This document shows positions 42,540 through 56,200 of a DNA stretch of 64,000 nt, piece by piece. Made by a program: the position numbers and the translations under genes. Source of the DNA: the human T2T-CHM13v2.0 reference genome, Homo sapiens. The stretch lies in the NCBI RefSeq assembly GCF_009914755.1, contig NC_060926.1; one strand, 5' to 3'. Each line of letters begins with the position of its first letter. Positions within the stretch are counted from its first letter, which is position 1. The notes under the pieces are model-generated. The model was given only the letters and a program-made list of their open reading frames with translations. It was not told the origin of the DNA and did no database searches.

Positions 42540-43430
42540 CCAGGGCTCTCACTTGCACAGGCCCCTTAAGGCTTGAAGGAGGCAAACAATGATTCTATCA
42601 GTTACGTGATTTCACATAATTTGCAGAATAAACATGTTTTAGCAGCAGTGAACCCCACTGACTTTCCACTTAACTTTATTGCTGTCACACTTCTTCTCAG
42701 GTATTGAGTAGGAAATTAAATTTGCAACACGTTTAGCTTGGTTTTAAAGAAATTTAGTGGTGTGGTTTGCAATCACTTCCATATACAGATGAGTGATAGT
42801 TGGCCATTTCTGTACAGAAATGGCTTCCAGGGATGCTACTACCACCAACTGTGCCAGGTGACCCCGTGTCTTGACAAGAAGGTATAGGGTAGTGTTCGTG
42901 TGCGGATAGGACTCTGTCTGTAGCACCAGATACTGAAATTAAGTGGGTAATGGAGCAGAGGCAAGGTTTGACATGTACAGAGCTGAAAGCTAGTTTACAG
43001 AAAATTCTCCCAAATCTTATAACTTATGAATGAAAGATATATGATAGAGCTTTTTCAAAATTTGAAAATGAACCCCCAAATTTAGATACCATTACTAGAA
43101 TTATTTCTGATCAATAATTTTGAAAATTCAATTAACTATGATTGAGAAAAAGACTGAGCAACATTTTTATTCTCTCTATAGATATTATAAAATATTATAA
43201 GAAAAGATAATCAAATAGTACTTATCCAAATAAAGAAAGAAAAATATTATAGAAGTCAGGCAGTTAATTAATAATAAATACAACAGTTCTCAACTTTAAA
43301 AATTTATGTATTATAATTTATGTTTTTTATTCTAAATTAATATTTATGTTTACATCTCATTTGGTATTTTTTCTTAAGCAGATCCCCAAAATAGATAAGT
43401 TTCAAGCCTCATAAAATCTGTATCAGTCAA
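42540..43430 (+). mobile_element. hAT-Tip100 (Zaphod-like) DNA transposon relic
   Basis: Degenerate hAT dimerisation-domain-like stretch (tcaataatt...ctatgattgagaaaaagactgagc..catttttattctctctataga) and a Zaphod-like end (ccccaaaat..ataagtttcaagcctcataaaatctgtatc). Confidence 0.55.
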
Positions 43431-44822
43431 TCTTCTCCCCACATCCATTCTGATCCACAATTGTCTATATATACAGGGGTTTGGGTGGTCCAGGTGACAC
43501 TTAATCATCCGCCTGATATTCAGCATTGAATCAGCAGAGAAGGGGCACCAGGAATAAATTGGAGACAAAAGATTATTTATATTAATGAAGGCCCACTAAC
43601 TCCCCAATTATGCTTTTTAGTTTCCAAGAAATAAACCTATGGAGCAAGCTCTCCAATTGTGGAAGAGGCCCGGTAGTTCCCATGAGTTTAACTTGGGTCA
43701 AGAGAAAACCTTGAAACTAAACTGGCCTCAAGGAAGCAGAAGAACTGGGTGCAGCAACTGAGATCTGAGGCCAGCCTGGGCTTCCCATTTCCCCTTCATG
43801 AGAGGCACCATAACGTGATTTATCCACCAGTCACAATCAGAGACGGTGGAAAATATTGGGCCTCTTTCACTACTGAAGACCATGCCCCAAGGGTTTATTT
43901 CCTGGAAACTGGAAACCCATCTGTCCAATCCACTGGGGCATATGGAGTTCAAAAATGTCAATAAATAATAGGGAATACAACATCTACATTGCCTTCCCAA
44001 TGAAATCATTCTAGGGTGGGAGGGAGATGAAGAGGACAAAGACACATGTTTCTTCAAATATCCTTCTCCGTGGATAGTCCCTCCTATAAAATAAAGGAGC
44101 AAAGGATAATAAAGACTTCTCAGTGGAAAAGGTCTTAAATCTAAATTAGATAAAAGACCCGAATTCTTCAAATTGATAGCAAAACACAGTAAAAGCTGAT
44201 GTGTTTATATTAGCTTTATTGCAGAACATACCTATTAACGTTTTTAGGGTCTTTCTTAAATCTTAGACCAAATGTACAAATTCTTCTGTTTTATGAAAAT
44301 GTTCCCGGAGCCAACACAGTTAAAAGCAATCCTTCTCTAATAAATATATAACCTAGGACTACTACTAAGATTTAGCTTGCTTCGGGGAATTGTACTATTC
44401 CAGGAATTTGATGTGTGTAAGTACATTTTTGCAATATGGAAAGCAGCAAAGCTGGATTATGTGAAGCTATTGTCAATAAGAAATAACCTGCAACTCCCAG
44501 TTAAGAGGACTACAGGAGGTTAGCATGAGTCAAGAGAGAACTTTGAAACTAACCTGCCTCAAGGAAGCAGAAGACCTGGGTATAGATCAGGAAGGGGGGC
44601 CTATTTAGGGATGTAAGCTACCTTAGCGATGCGAGTGAAAGAATAAAGCAGGTATTTTAACCACAATTATGCTGCTAACTAGCCATCTGATCCCTAGGAA
44701 GTAAACTGTACTCTCTCTGGACCTCCATAGACTCATCCACATCAAAACAAAACAACAAAAAGAAAATAGAACTCATCCAGCTGTTAAAATTTTTAGTGTG
44801 GCAAAGGATTGAATTCTTCATG

Positions 44823-45110
44823 CAGTGTTTCCCAAGAACATTTTTCTCAATTCCAGTCCATGAAATGAGAGAATCTCTGAAAAATAGCTTCCCATGGTCA
44901 AATAATTTTAGAAAATGCTGCATACTTTTTCCCACATTGGTATATTCAGTACATTAGCATAATGCTGGCTCTAAGATGTACTGCAGTAAAGTAATATTTT
45001 TATCTTGTTTAGGATACTGCTTGCAAAATGTATTTAACTGTGAAAACCTTTTAGCATAATATCTATAACATGTAATTTGGGAATGTTCCTCTAAGGCAAC
45101 ATTTGAAAGT
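44823..45110. mobile_element. MER103C-like DNA element
   Basis: cagtgtttcccaa...ccatggtcaaataatttt.gaaaatgctgcatac...acattagcata...ggctct..gatgtactgcagtaaag. Confidence 0.6.
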
Positions 45111-45729
45111 TTCAAGCAAGTTCTTTAGAAGAGACCTATAGCACAGTATCCGCAGTTAGACAGCACAGTCAGAACTCTGCTGTGAGCTGTCTTCTTGTGA
45201 TATGCTGGATCTGTTATTTGGAACTATCCAGAAGACAGACACATCAGAATCTTTTAAGATAGAACATCCTATGTGGAGATAGGGGTGTGGATGGGAGTAA
45301 ACAGCTTGTTGATCTTTAATAAAATATTTATCAATGGAGAGAAAAATATTTAATAACAGAAAATCACATAGGGTTGGAAATTTATTGACTATAAATATAA
45401 GCTTCTTTTCTCACCATGGTAAGATCTCATCTAAGGAAAGGTGATACAACAAAGGCAAAGAAGGTCACAAATTCCAACCATGAACTATGAGAGATACAAT
45501 GAGAGTACACATTTATGGTCTTTGTTATTAAAGGACTTAGATTCTAGTTAGGGAAAATATTGCAAATATATATGATTATAAAACAAGATATTGTTGGTGG
45601 ATTTAAAAAGTATGGCAGATAACAGTTGGAGCTGCAGATATTAGCAGGATGAATAGACCCCTATGTGTGATCAGGGAAGACTACCTAAGAAAAATGGGTG
45701 GTGTAAGTCTTCTAAGAATGAATAAACTG

Positions 45730-45805
45730 AGGATGGAAGGATGGATGGAAGGAAGGATGGATGGATGGATGGATGGATGGATGGATGGATGGACACATGG
45801 ATGGA
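45730..45805. repeat. (GGAT)n/(GGAA)n tetranucleotide repeat
   Basis: Direct reading. Confidence 0.9.
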
Positions 45806-47254
45806 TATAAGAGCAAAAACCAGTAATGAAAACAAAAAGAGCTTAGATAAAAAAGAAATCATGTATCAGAATATATGGAGTAGGAACACTACCATTGATA
45901 TCTGAGAAAGAGAAATTTGAAACAAGATCTGTCAGGCTTCAAACGTAACAAGTCAAAAAGGCAAAGAAAGCAAGCAGTACCTATCCTTGATGCCCAAATG
46001 TTGATGGTAAATGGGTCCAGTTATTTCAGTTCATTAAACAGCTATAGTCCAAGCCCTTGGATATCAGGTTCTTATTGAGGATACAACAAACAACACATTC
46101 TCTGAGCCACCAGAACTCAGGAGCAGGAGGAATAGACATATACACAGGGAATTCTAATAAAAAGATAGTGATTCAATCTTTAATATGTCAAATCCAAATT
46201 CATAGAGTACAAAGGAGAGAATTTAGTTTTGATTGTGATATTCTGTAAATATTATATAAATGAGGTGACATTTAAGGCAAATCTTTAGGAATAAATAAAA
46301 CTAAATGAGGCAGAAAATGAAGAGAGAATTTCAGGAAGTCCAAACCGATAATCAAAGGAATGAAAATGTGAGAGTGAATGGGATCGTCAAAGAATCATAA
46401 ACAGCAAATGTGGCTGCATGAGATGCAAGTGGCAGCGGATAAGACTGAAAATGTACTTTGAGAAAATCTGTAAAGGCCTTCAAGTGCCATATTAACAAAT
46501 GGTTTATGCAGAAGAACATTATTAAGCTGGTTTTAGAAGAAAACTTTTCAAATCATGCCCTCTGAGCTTTACAGATACCACTCAAAAATCAATTCAGAGG
46601 AGACAAGAACAGAGGAAAATAAGAGAGCCCTTGGCTTCAATTCTAATTCCAGATCCCCAAGTCAGTTTGAACAGTTCTGTTTTGTGTCTCTCTTCACATT
46701 AGGCTCCCACTGGGATTTGGTTTAGACCCACAGTTCAAGAAATGTTTACTACCCAAAGATTTGAAATTAATCTGGTTGTCAAACAGAAGATATGATAAAG
46801 ACAAGGATACTTTAGGGAGATATTGAAATAATCTAGCTAACATATGATGAGCACTTAATTAGATAAACCGGCACTAGTAGAAAATGGAAAAATTCCAAAA
46901 TATTTCAGAGTTATAAGCAGGTACTGGTTGTGTATTAATTATGAAAATGAGAGGAAGAATAGACATGTAATGATGACTCCAAAGTTTAAGCTCAGGGGCC
47001 TAGAAAGACAGACAGTATCATTTACTAAGATAAGGATCATAAGTTCAAAAAACGGAAGCAGCAGGACCTGTTCAATTTTATATAAGCTGATTTTAGGTCC
47101 ATAGCTTACAACTGGATAAAAATATATAATTAGGTACCTAAGGATATAAATACGAGCTAGAGATATATATTTTGATATTCAACTGCAGAAAAGTAAGTAT
47201 AACTCACCAATGTAACCCACCAAAAGAAAAATTAACAATAAAAGAAACATTGAG

Positions 47255-47720
47255 TTAACATTATCTAGGCATTTAATTTATGCAGTAACTACACTAAGAG
47301 CTTTACATGCATTATTTTATTTGAATTGCATATGAATCCTATGAGTAAAGAATATCATTATTGAGAAGCAGCATAATGTAGCAATTAACACGGGGGCTGA
47401 ACTACCTATATTCAAATCCTGGCTCAGCTGTTTAATATCCATGTCATTTGGGGAAAATTATTTAACTTCTCTGTGTTTCAGTGTTCTGATAATAACCCCC
47501 TAAAGCTGTGATAAGAAGTAACTTAATGCATATAAAGTGTTTATAACAGTACCTGGCACATCGTAAGTGTTCACTAAAATGTAAGCAATTATTTTTCACT
47601 TCATTTTACCGATCATGGATGCTAAGTCATAGAAACATTATGTAACTACTAAAGGACACACCACTTAATAAATGGCCAGTATAGCCTACTCCTAAGCTCG
47701 TACTCAAGTTTTACACTAGT
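47255..47720. mobile_element. MIR (+) at ~47365-47590 nested in a MIR (-)
   Basis: gaagcagcataatgtagc...ttcaaatcctggctc...ttatttaacttctctgtgtttcagt...acagtacctggcacat, flanked by minus-strand MIR halves. Confidence 0.6.
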
Positions 47721-49639
47721 CTGATTCATGTGGGTAAGAGAAAAAGTCAAGGTTGTAACCTAGCAAATACCTACTTAATCGATGTGTAGAAACCAGAGTG
47801 CTAGTTAAGTAGACTAGCTCGTAAGAAGACATGATCAGAGACCGCCAGGAAAGGCCCATGTCACTAAGCTATTGGAGGAAAGAAGAACGGGATGGTCAAT
47901 AATTTCAAAAGTTTCACAGAGTTTAAAAAGGGAACATAATAAAGAGGCTGCTAGATTCATCAATCAGAAAATTCTGATGGATATTTAAGAGATGATTGAG
48001 CAGATCCGTTGAGGCAGACACCAAGCAGAAACATTTAAGAAATGTTTGCACACAAGGGAATTAAGAGCAGTCAATGTAGGTGTGAAATGGAGAAAGCATG
48101 TCAATTTAATGGTACAACTTAAGGGAAAATTTAAGGCAGATTTTCATAGAATGGAGAATCGTAACCATTTTTCTATGTGGAGATAGCAACCAGTGATAGG
48201 AGAAAGGGTGAAGTTCCTGGGAAGGGGCTGATCAATGCATCATAACCAAGGACGATGTAGGAATCCATGGGAAGGAGACCACAGTGATACATTTTAGCAT
48301 TAGAAGAAAAAAAAAAGACTCAAGTGACATTGAGTAAAGAGAAAATGGAAGACATTTTTAAATGTGAAATGTGAGAGAAGTGGGTGGAGTTTATCCCTTA
48401 AAGCCTTCACTTTGTTTGTGTAAAGAAAACAGTGTGTTTGTAATCACCAAGAAAGGGGTTGCGTAAGGACCTTGGGGAAGAATAAAATTTTCACCACAGG
48501 GATAAGAGATAGATTGCGGAACAATTGGGAAGGCCCTGCTGAGCTCAGAGCAAAACAACTGATTAAGCAGCTTGTACAAGGAAGTGGAAGAGACAATGAA
48601 TCGCCTATGCACAGAGTAAGTTAAAGGGAAACAAAAGTTATATAAGCAACCCACACAAATGGAAATAATGCTTTTCATTAATACACATTTTGTAGAAAGA
48701 CGAGATAGAAAATGTTAAAAATCTATTTGAATAAGGCATAATACACGAATGCACGTAATTTGATGTGGGATACTTGTCATGGAACTGCTTGTAAAGGTGC
48801 ATATATCACAGTATCATTTTCAGACGTTTCCCTCACATGGCATTTATGTGGGAACTTGTTGAAATAAGATCCAAATTCTGACACTGACAATGACTTGTTA
48901 ATGGTCTAACCTGGTAAAATGTGTTTCCTCTTTTTGAGATTCAATATCACTGCCAATAAAATGAGGCTAAAGTAGAAGCTCTTTAAAAATTATTGCAGTT
49001 TTAAGATTGGATGAGTCTATATCACAAATAATGACATATGCTGCCTTTCCTCTCCACCTCCCATGCTTACAGAGATCTGCTTTTCGAATGGGATCTAGCT
49101 CTTAAGCTGACGTTAAAGGGATATATTAGTTAGAACTCGCAGGATACAGGCATGCTTCACTGAACCATGAGCAGGTGTGCAGCTAGGGCTCAAAACGGGG
49201 CTGCTTCATTCTTATCTCTCTCTGCAGCTTTCTCTGCTATTTAATCTGCATGGAGGAAGATGAATGCACCACAGTTCCAGAGATTTAAGAGATTACATCA
49301 GATGATGCACTAGAATCTTTGAGTCCCTATTTCCAATTGGTTTAGATGAATTTTAGTAGTGTCTCCTAATTCTATATAGGAACCATATATACTCTGGACA
49401 TAGAAGTAGTTTCTATATACACTCTAGACAAAGGGGCAGTTTTATTATATATATGGCTATTGATAAACTTCTGGAGGCATATATTATGGATCAGGAAGAG
49501 TAGTTCCAAGCTATGAAAGAACGTATACGCTTCTATTATAAGGGCTTAGATCAAATGATGGTAATGTAAACAGGATCAAGGCGTAGACAAGTCAGCATTT
49601 ATTTTTATTTATTTATTTATTTATTTATTTTTGGTTTTA

Positions 49640-50047
<408 letters not shown>

Positions 50048-51155
50048 TTACTGTTCTCCTCAAAGGAGACCCATGTCCCTATTATCCCTATTGGATATGG
50101 GAACACACACTTTCAATCATCCATGGTTTTTATTTCTTCCATTTTTCCCCTCAAGGCAGGTAAAATAGGCATGTGAGTGGGGTCAGGGGCAAACATATTG
50201 TAGGCACCCCATAAATATTTGTTGGAAAGAAGTGGCTGCCTGAATCTTGGCTTCTCAGCATACACTTTGAGATTTGATTCAAGAGGCAGCCTGAGACTCC
50301 TTTTCTGCAGTTGGAATCAATTATCAACATAATGTGACATGGTGCCCAGGTTACATGGTTTAAACTGCAGCGCCAGTGCTTTGTCTAGAATTCTGACAGG
50401 GGCTCTCAGTGCAAACCTACCTTATTGATATAGATACTTGATAATAAAGGTTGAGGCTAATTTTATCGTAAGATTTCATGTGTATGTCTTCCACCAGCCT
50501 TGCTACCCTCCCCACAGAAAAATAAATCAATGCATAGGTCATTAGAAAATATTGTTCACAATGGAGTTTGTGAGTAATTTCACTTGTTAAACATACCTCC
50601 CTACCTAAAGTGGATGTCCAGGCACAAATAAATGCATTTGTAAACATGCTTTCCTCAAAGTTTAATTATTCATATATTCATTAAATAAATGTGTTCTTCC
50701 TTCAATTTGAAACTGCAGTCACAAATTTCATTTACTCTGAGAAGTAAATGAATTGGTCTCAGAAAAAAGATCCCTTATCAACACAAATAAAAAATGTTCA
50801 TTCATAGAACTGCTGGTTTTCAAAATGATGTAATATGCGTAAAATTAAAAATAACCAAAACAAAAACGGAAAAGAGAGATACTGAAAGAGCATGTCCATT
50901 TTACAGTAAAACCACGATAATCAAGAAAAGAAATAACTGATTTTTACAAAATGAATACTGTTTCTATTACAATTCCCTTATTGATGACGCCTGGAGAAAT
51001 TATCCAGAAGATTGATTACAGGTTGTATGATCATGCTCTTAATTACTAATATAAAATTCTTCAAAACAAGTCATAGTCTAAATGCATCATAAAAGCACAT
51101 TATTAAAAGTCTCTAACACAATTTCAATAAAGTAAAAATTTACTCACTAAGACAC

Positions 51156-52538
51156 TGAGAGGTGACAGCGTGCTGGCAGTCCTCAAAGCCCTCGCTAGCT
51201 CTCGGCGCCTCCTCTGCCTGGGCTCCCACTTTGGCGGCACTTGAGGAACCCTTCAGCCCGCCGCTGCACTGTGTGAGCCCCTTTCTGGTCTGGCCAAGGC
51301 CGGAGCCAGCTCCCTCAGCTTGCGGGGAGGTGCGGAGGGAGAGGCGCAGGCAGGAACAGGGGCTGCGCGCGGTGCTTGCGGGCCAGCGCGAGTTCCGGGT
51401 GGGCGTGGACTTGGCGGACCGCGCACTCAGAGCGGCCGACAGGCCCCACCGGCTCGGGCAATGAGGAGCTTAGCACCTGGGCCAGCAGCTGCTGTGCTCA
51501 ATTTCTCGCCGTGCCTTAGCTGCCTTCCCACGGGGCAGGTCTCGGGACCTGCAGCCCGCCATGCCTGAGCCTCCCCCACCCTCCGTGGGCTCCTGTGCGG
51601 CCCGAGCCTCCCAGACGAGCGCTGCCCCCTGCTCCACGGCTCCCAGTCCCATCGACCACCCAAGGGCTGAGGAGTGCCGGCACACTGCGCGGGACTGGCA
51701 GGCAGCTCCACCTGCAGCCCCTGTGCCGGATCCACTGGGTGAAGCCAGCTGGGCTCCTGAGTCTGGTGGGGACGTGGAGAACCTTTATGTCTAGCTAAGG
51801 GATTGTAAATACACCAATCGGCACTCTGTATCTAGCTCAAGGTTTGTAAACACACCAATCAGCACCCTGTGTTAGCTCAGAGTTTGTGAATGCACCAATC
51901 GACACTGTATCTAGCTACTCTGGTGGGGATTTGGAGAACCTTTGTGTCTACACTCTGTATTTAGCTAATCTGGTGGGGACGTGCAGAACCTTTGTGCCTA
52001 GCTCAGGGATTGTAAACGCACCAGTCAGCGCCCTGTCAAAACAGACCGCTGGGCTCCACCAATCAGCAGGATGTGGGTGGTGTCAGATAAGAGAATAAAA
52101 GCAGGCTGCCCGAGCTAGCAGTGGCAACCTGCTGGGGTCTCCTTCCACGCTGTGGAAGCTTAGTTCTCTCGCTCTTTGCAATAAATCCTGCTGCTGCTCA
52201 CTCTTTGGGTCCACACTGCTTTTATAAGCTGTAGCACTCACTGCGAAAGTCTACAGCTTCACTCCTGAAACCAGGGAAACCACGAACCCACCGGGAGGAA
52301 CGAACAACTCCAGAGGCGCCGCCTTAAGAGCTGTAACACTCACCGCGAAGGTCCGCAGCTTCACTCCTGAGCCAGGGAGACCAAGAACCCACCAGAAGGA
52401 AGAAACTCTGAACACATCCGAATATCAGAAGGAACAAACTTCAGACGCGCCACCTTAAGAGCTGTAACACTCACCACGAGGGTCCGCGGCTTCATTCTTG
52501 AAGTCAGTGAGACCAAGAACCCACCAATTCCGGACACA
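51156..52538 (+). mobile_element. ERV9 solo LTR (LTR12C-type)
   Basis: Starts tgagaggtgacagcgtgctggcag and ends aacccaccaattccggacaca. 4-bp TSD ACAC (51152-51155, 52539-52542). GC/CpG-rich 5' U3, ~40-bp CCAAT-bearing repeats, U5 repeats (agctgtaacactcacc). Confidence 0.95.
51810..52110 (+). promoter_or_regulatory. LTR12 U3 promoter/enhancer: repeated caccaatc (NF-Y), GATA site and AATAAA TATA-like box
   Basis: ccaatc at ~51814, 51855, 51895 and 52059; agataagagaataaaagcagg at ~52085-52105. Function is inferred from established ERV9 LTR biology. Confidence 0.6.
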
Positions 52539-52769
52539 ACACTTTTACATAAATGTAGATTCTAAGCCATATCAGAATTACGCTGACATATTCCTTAAAT
52601 TATGACTATTAGAAACAATATTAGTAAGAGTAAAGTTACTGTTGCTTGCAATTTGATATTTTTCTCCACATTGTTGCTAAGCCACTACTGTAACAAAAGC
52701 CAAATACCTTAGATTGTCAAAATGTTAGTGCGTACTTAAGTATGAACAAAGATTAACCTTCCCAGCACA

Positions 52770-53230
52770 CCTGTAATCATATAACTACTTTGTTCAAAAC
52801 TCTCTGATGATTCCTTCTGTTTAAAAGTAATCCATCATTCGTATTACAGCGTGATCTGATCCTAATCTACCTTTCCTATATTTTCTACTTCCTTTCCTCT
52901 AGCGAAAGTGGATTTTTCAACACTCCCTGAACATGCTTCTGTCTCTATGTCTTTGCTCATGGCATTCCCTCTCACCTCGAATGGCCTTTCTCACATCTTT
53001 AACCACAGAAATTCCATCCAGTCTTGAAAGCTCATGAACATACCTCCTCCTCTATGAATTCTTCTCCAGTGCTCTCAGTGAGAAGTGTTTTGGTCCCCTG
53101 AACTCCATGACATTGGTCCAGATTTCTGTGACTGATTCCTACGAACCTGCCACCTTTCAGCCTCATAGATTGTCTTCTCTAGCCTTACAGCACCTACAAC
53201 ACTGCCTGAAAGTGAAGTAAATTTAAGTAC
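52770..53230 (+). mobile_element. L2
   Basis: tgtctttgctcatggcattccctctcacctcgaatggcc, acctcctcctctatgaa. Confidence 0.6.
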
Positions 53231-56200
53231 TTGGTTGTTTTCTTAATCAAGTAATATCTTCTTGAAGGCAGGCACTGTCTTTCCTTCTTAGTATTTCAGT
53301 ATTCTTCAAAGAGTCTCATTCACTTTAGGTATAAGGCAAGTATTTGGGTGCGTGCGTAAAATAGTACTTGATAAAACAACCCACACCATGATAACTAGAA
53401 AATAATTTTTATCCTTTCTGTGTTTGAGGACATTCCACAAGGTATGTACAAAGTTTAGTCACATAAACTAATTTTATAATACCCAGCAAATCTGAAACTA
53501 ATTCTGCTCACCATAAGAAAATATTCTAATGCATTTAAACATGCTGAGCATCCCTGAGTATGTACCCATTTAAAGACCTGAACTCAACCACCATTCAAAC
53601 TGGCCAGAAAGAAACTACCTTTGTGATGTCTGGAAATACAGGACATTATGCCACATTATGAGAAAGAAAGAAAACATGCAGTTGGAAGAATTAGATAAAC
53701 ATTATTTTTAATACTCTGGACAGATGGACAAAAAAATCAGATCAGCTAAAACGCTTTCTGTAGTGGGACTTTCTCATCTGCTGTTAATTTTAGTGTAAGA
53801 ATATGGAATCTAAAGGTCAAATCAGGTTCATTTGCCCTAAATGTCTATAAATTTATCTATATCTGTATATCTAACCAGCTAACTAAGATCCCTGGTGGGG
53901 AGCTCCTTAACCTAGAAAAGTATATTACAAATAAAATTTTGATAATAAAACTGCATATACTCTCTGGAGTGAGAATATATGCAATTTATGAGGCAATGCA
54001 ACAAAAATGGGCATTTACTGGGTTTCGTCTCAAGTTCTTTATCACTAGAAATCTAATAAGCTTGTTTAGCTCAAAAATTTAAACAAAGTGACATAAATCT
54101 TTAGGGGGCTCATATAAAAATATCTGGGCAGCCCAAAGTGTGTTATATAAAAGTATATTTAATATTCTAATTTTATACTTTGAACGAATGCCTAATTCTT
54201 TGTAGACAATCTATGGAAAATAAAGCTAAACATTTCTTGGGCTGTTGAAGTTTTACCATGCAAAGCTATCTTTTCCTCCAGTATGTCATCCATAAAACTG
54301 CCTGACTTCCCTTCACTGCTAAGTATAGGGCTGCTCAGTGGTGCTGTATTGCCCTGTCCCTCTTCCTCTTTCTGAGTTCTGCCCCTCATGGTCAGTACAT
54401 TCTCTGTACTCTGATCAGTACCTGCGCTCAACAGATATGGGAAAAGGTCTTAATTCTTCTTTTGGTTAGGAAAGCCAATCCTTGTCAGGGTCCAAAATGA
54501 AAGTAAATCCCGACTTGGACAGCAACATGACAGTTACTGAGAATATGACTTCCCAGGGCATTATTGTTTGATCATGCACGTCTAAGATCATGTGGGCTAC
54601 ATATCAACCAAGCAGAAATGTCAGCACTTTCTAAAGAAGAGAAAGCTGAGCTTCAGGTAACTAGCTTTGGATGTTTCCTCCTCAGATGCTCATCCGAATC
54701 ATCGGTATCCAAGGGCAGGGATTAGTAGCATTAGGATAGCCGTCAGCTTTTTCCAACTTTGTCCTGCTCAGCTGGTTTAGAGCAACCCAGACACTCTAAG
54801 ATGGGAAGAAGGGAACCCACTTAGGTAGAAATATCTTTGTTCAATGACAGGGATTATTTGAGGAAGGGTAGGTAGGTAAAAGAGTTGAATTTGCTCTCAT
54901 GTCCACATAGTTAAAATCCTCTGTGACCTATTTTCTCAGGTTTCAATAATCCCAAAGTATGGGCATTAATCATGAAAGTCTGAACTTAGCTTTCATGTAA
55001 ATTTTTGGTTGTGAACATTTTCTGTCAGTAAGAAATGTTTTATCTATTATGCACTGCCAATTATAAGAGATGAGTGTCAGTCATCATCACTATCTACCAT
55101 GGATCCACTGACAGCCAAAGCTATCAGACCAGTCCTTGCCTGACCTGTTTGAGTTGATGAGAGTGGCTATGAATTGAAACCCCATTACAGGGTGGTCTAA
55201 GTGCGCTTGTCTCTAGTTCTCTGTAACACCACATCTGGCTTATGAGCAAAGGAAGATACCAGGTTTGTTTCCCCAACTTTTATAAAAGTTATAAAATAAT
55301 ATGTATAATATTTTGATATAACATCAAGAGAATAAAATCTTCAAAACTATCAGTCCCTACTAATTGCATTTTCTATAATATCTGATCATTAATGCTTCAT
55401 ACTTAATATGTACTCAGCAAAGAATTGTTAAATAAATGAATGAATGGATTGCAACTATGTCAAGATGGGCATGAAAATGACCAAAAGCTATCAAAGATTT
55501 TGAAAAAAGGGATACAATTATTGTGGTACAGAAGTGGGGTTCTGAGTGCTTTCATTTCCTGATTAAAAATGTCTTTCATATCATACCAATAATGTTTCAA
55601 TAATAACCACAACTTAAATTGACATTTAATTCAGTTCATCAAGGATTGTCCACTGAAAATGTGCCTAGCCCCATGGGACAAACAAGAACATCTAAGCCGT
55701 GGTCATTGTCCTTGAAAACTACATTGTGTCCTGGAAGATAGAGCATAAGCGTGAAATGGAGAAGCTTCACACAGGTCAGGGATTAGCAGAATGCTCAAAT
55801 GAGCAATATATAGAAGCACTGGAAACAAAAAGCTCTAGCTCATGCTCCAGGAAAATCCACAGAGCCTTAAACATTCAAAAGTGAAGCATGCATTTTGCCT
55901 ACTGCAGCAATTAGAAGCTGGAGCTGAAATCGATGCAGCAGCCACTAGAGCAATCTGCAGCTCTGTGGCTGCTGTTACTTACAGCCATTGATTTTCTCTG
56001 GCTTTGGTGTTTGGTTCACCTCACCCTTACCACCTCAGATCCACTGTGGCTCCAAGGTGTAAGGCACAGGGTCATTGCTTCCTTGAAAATTACCCAAGGC
56101 TCATTATTGGGCTCTGAACCTACAAAGGCCACAGAAAAGGAAAAATCACATAAAGGCTTTCTGACAACTGCCAACTATTGCTAAAACGCCACTGCTCTTC

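Noticed and set aside
51162-52098. Cluster of GC-rich ORFs / apparent CpG-island gene start
   Set aside because: Entirely within the LTR12 solo LTR. The ORFs reflect high GC content.
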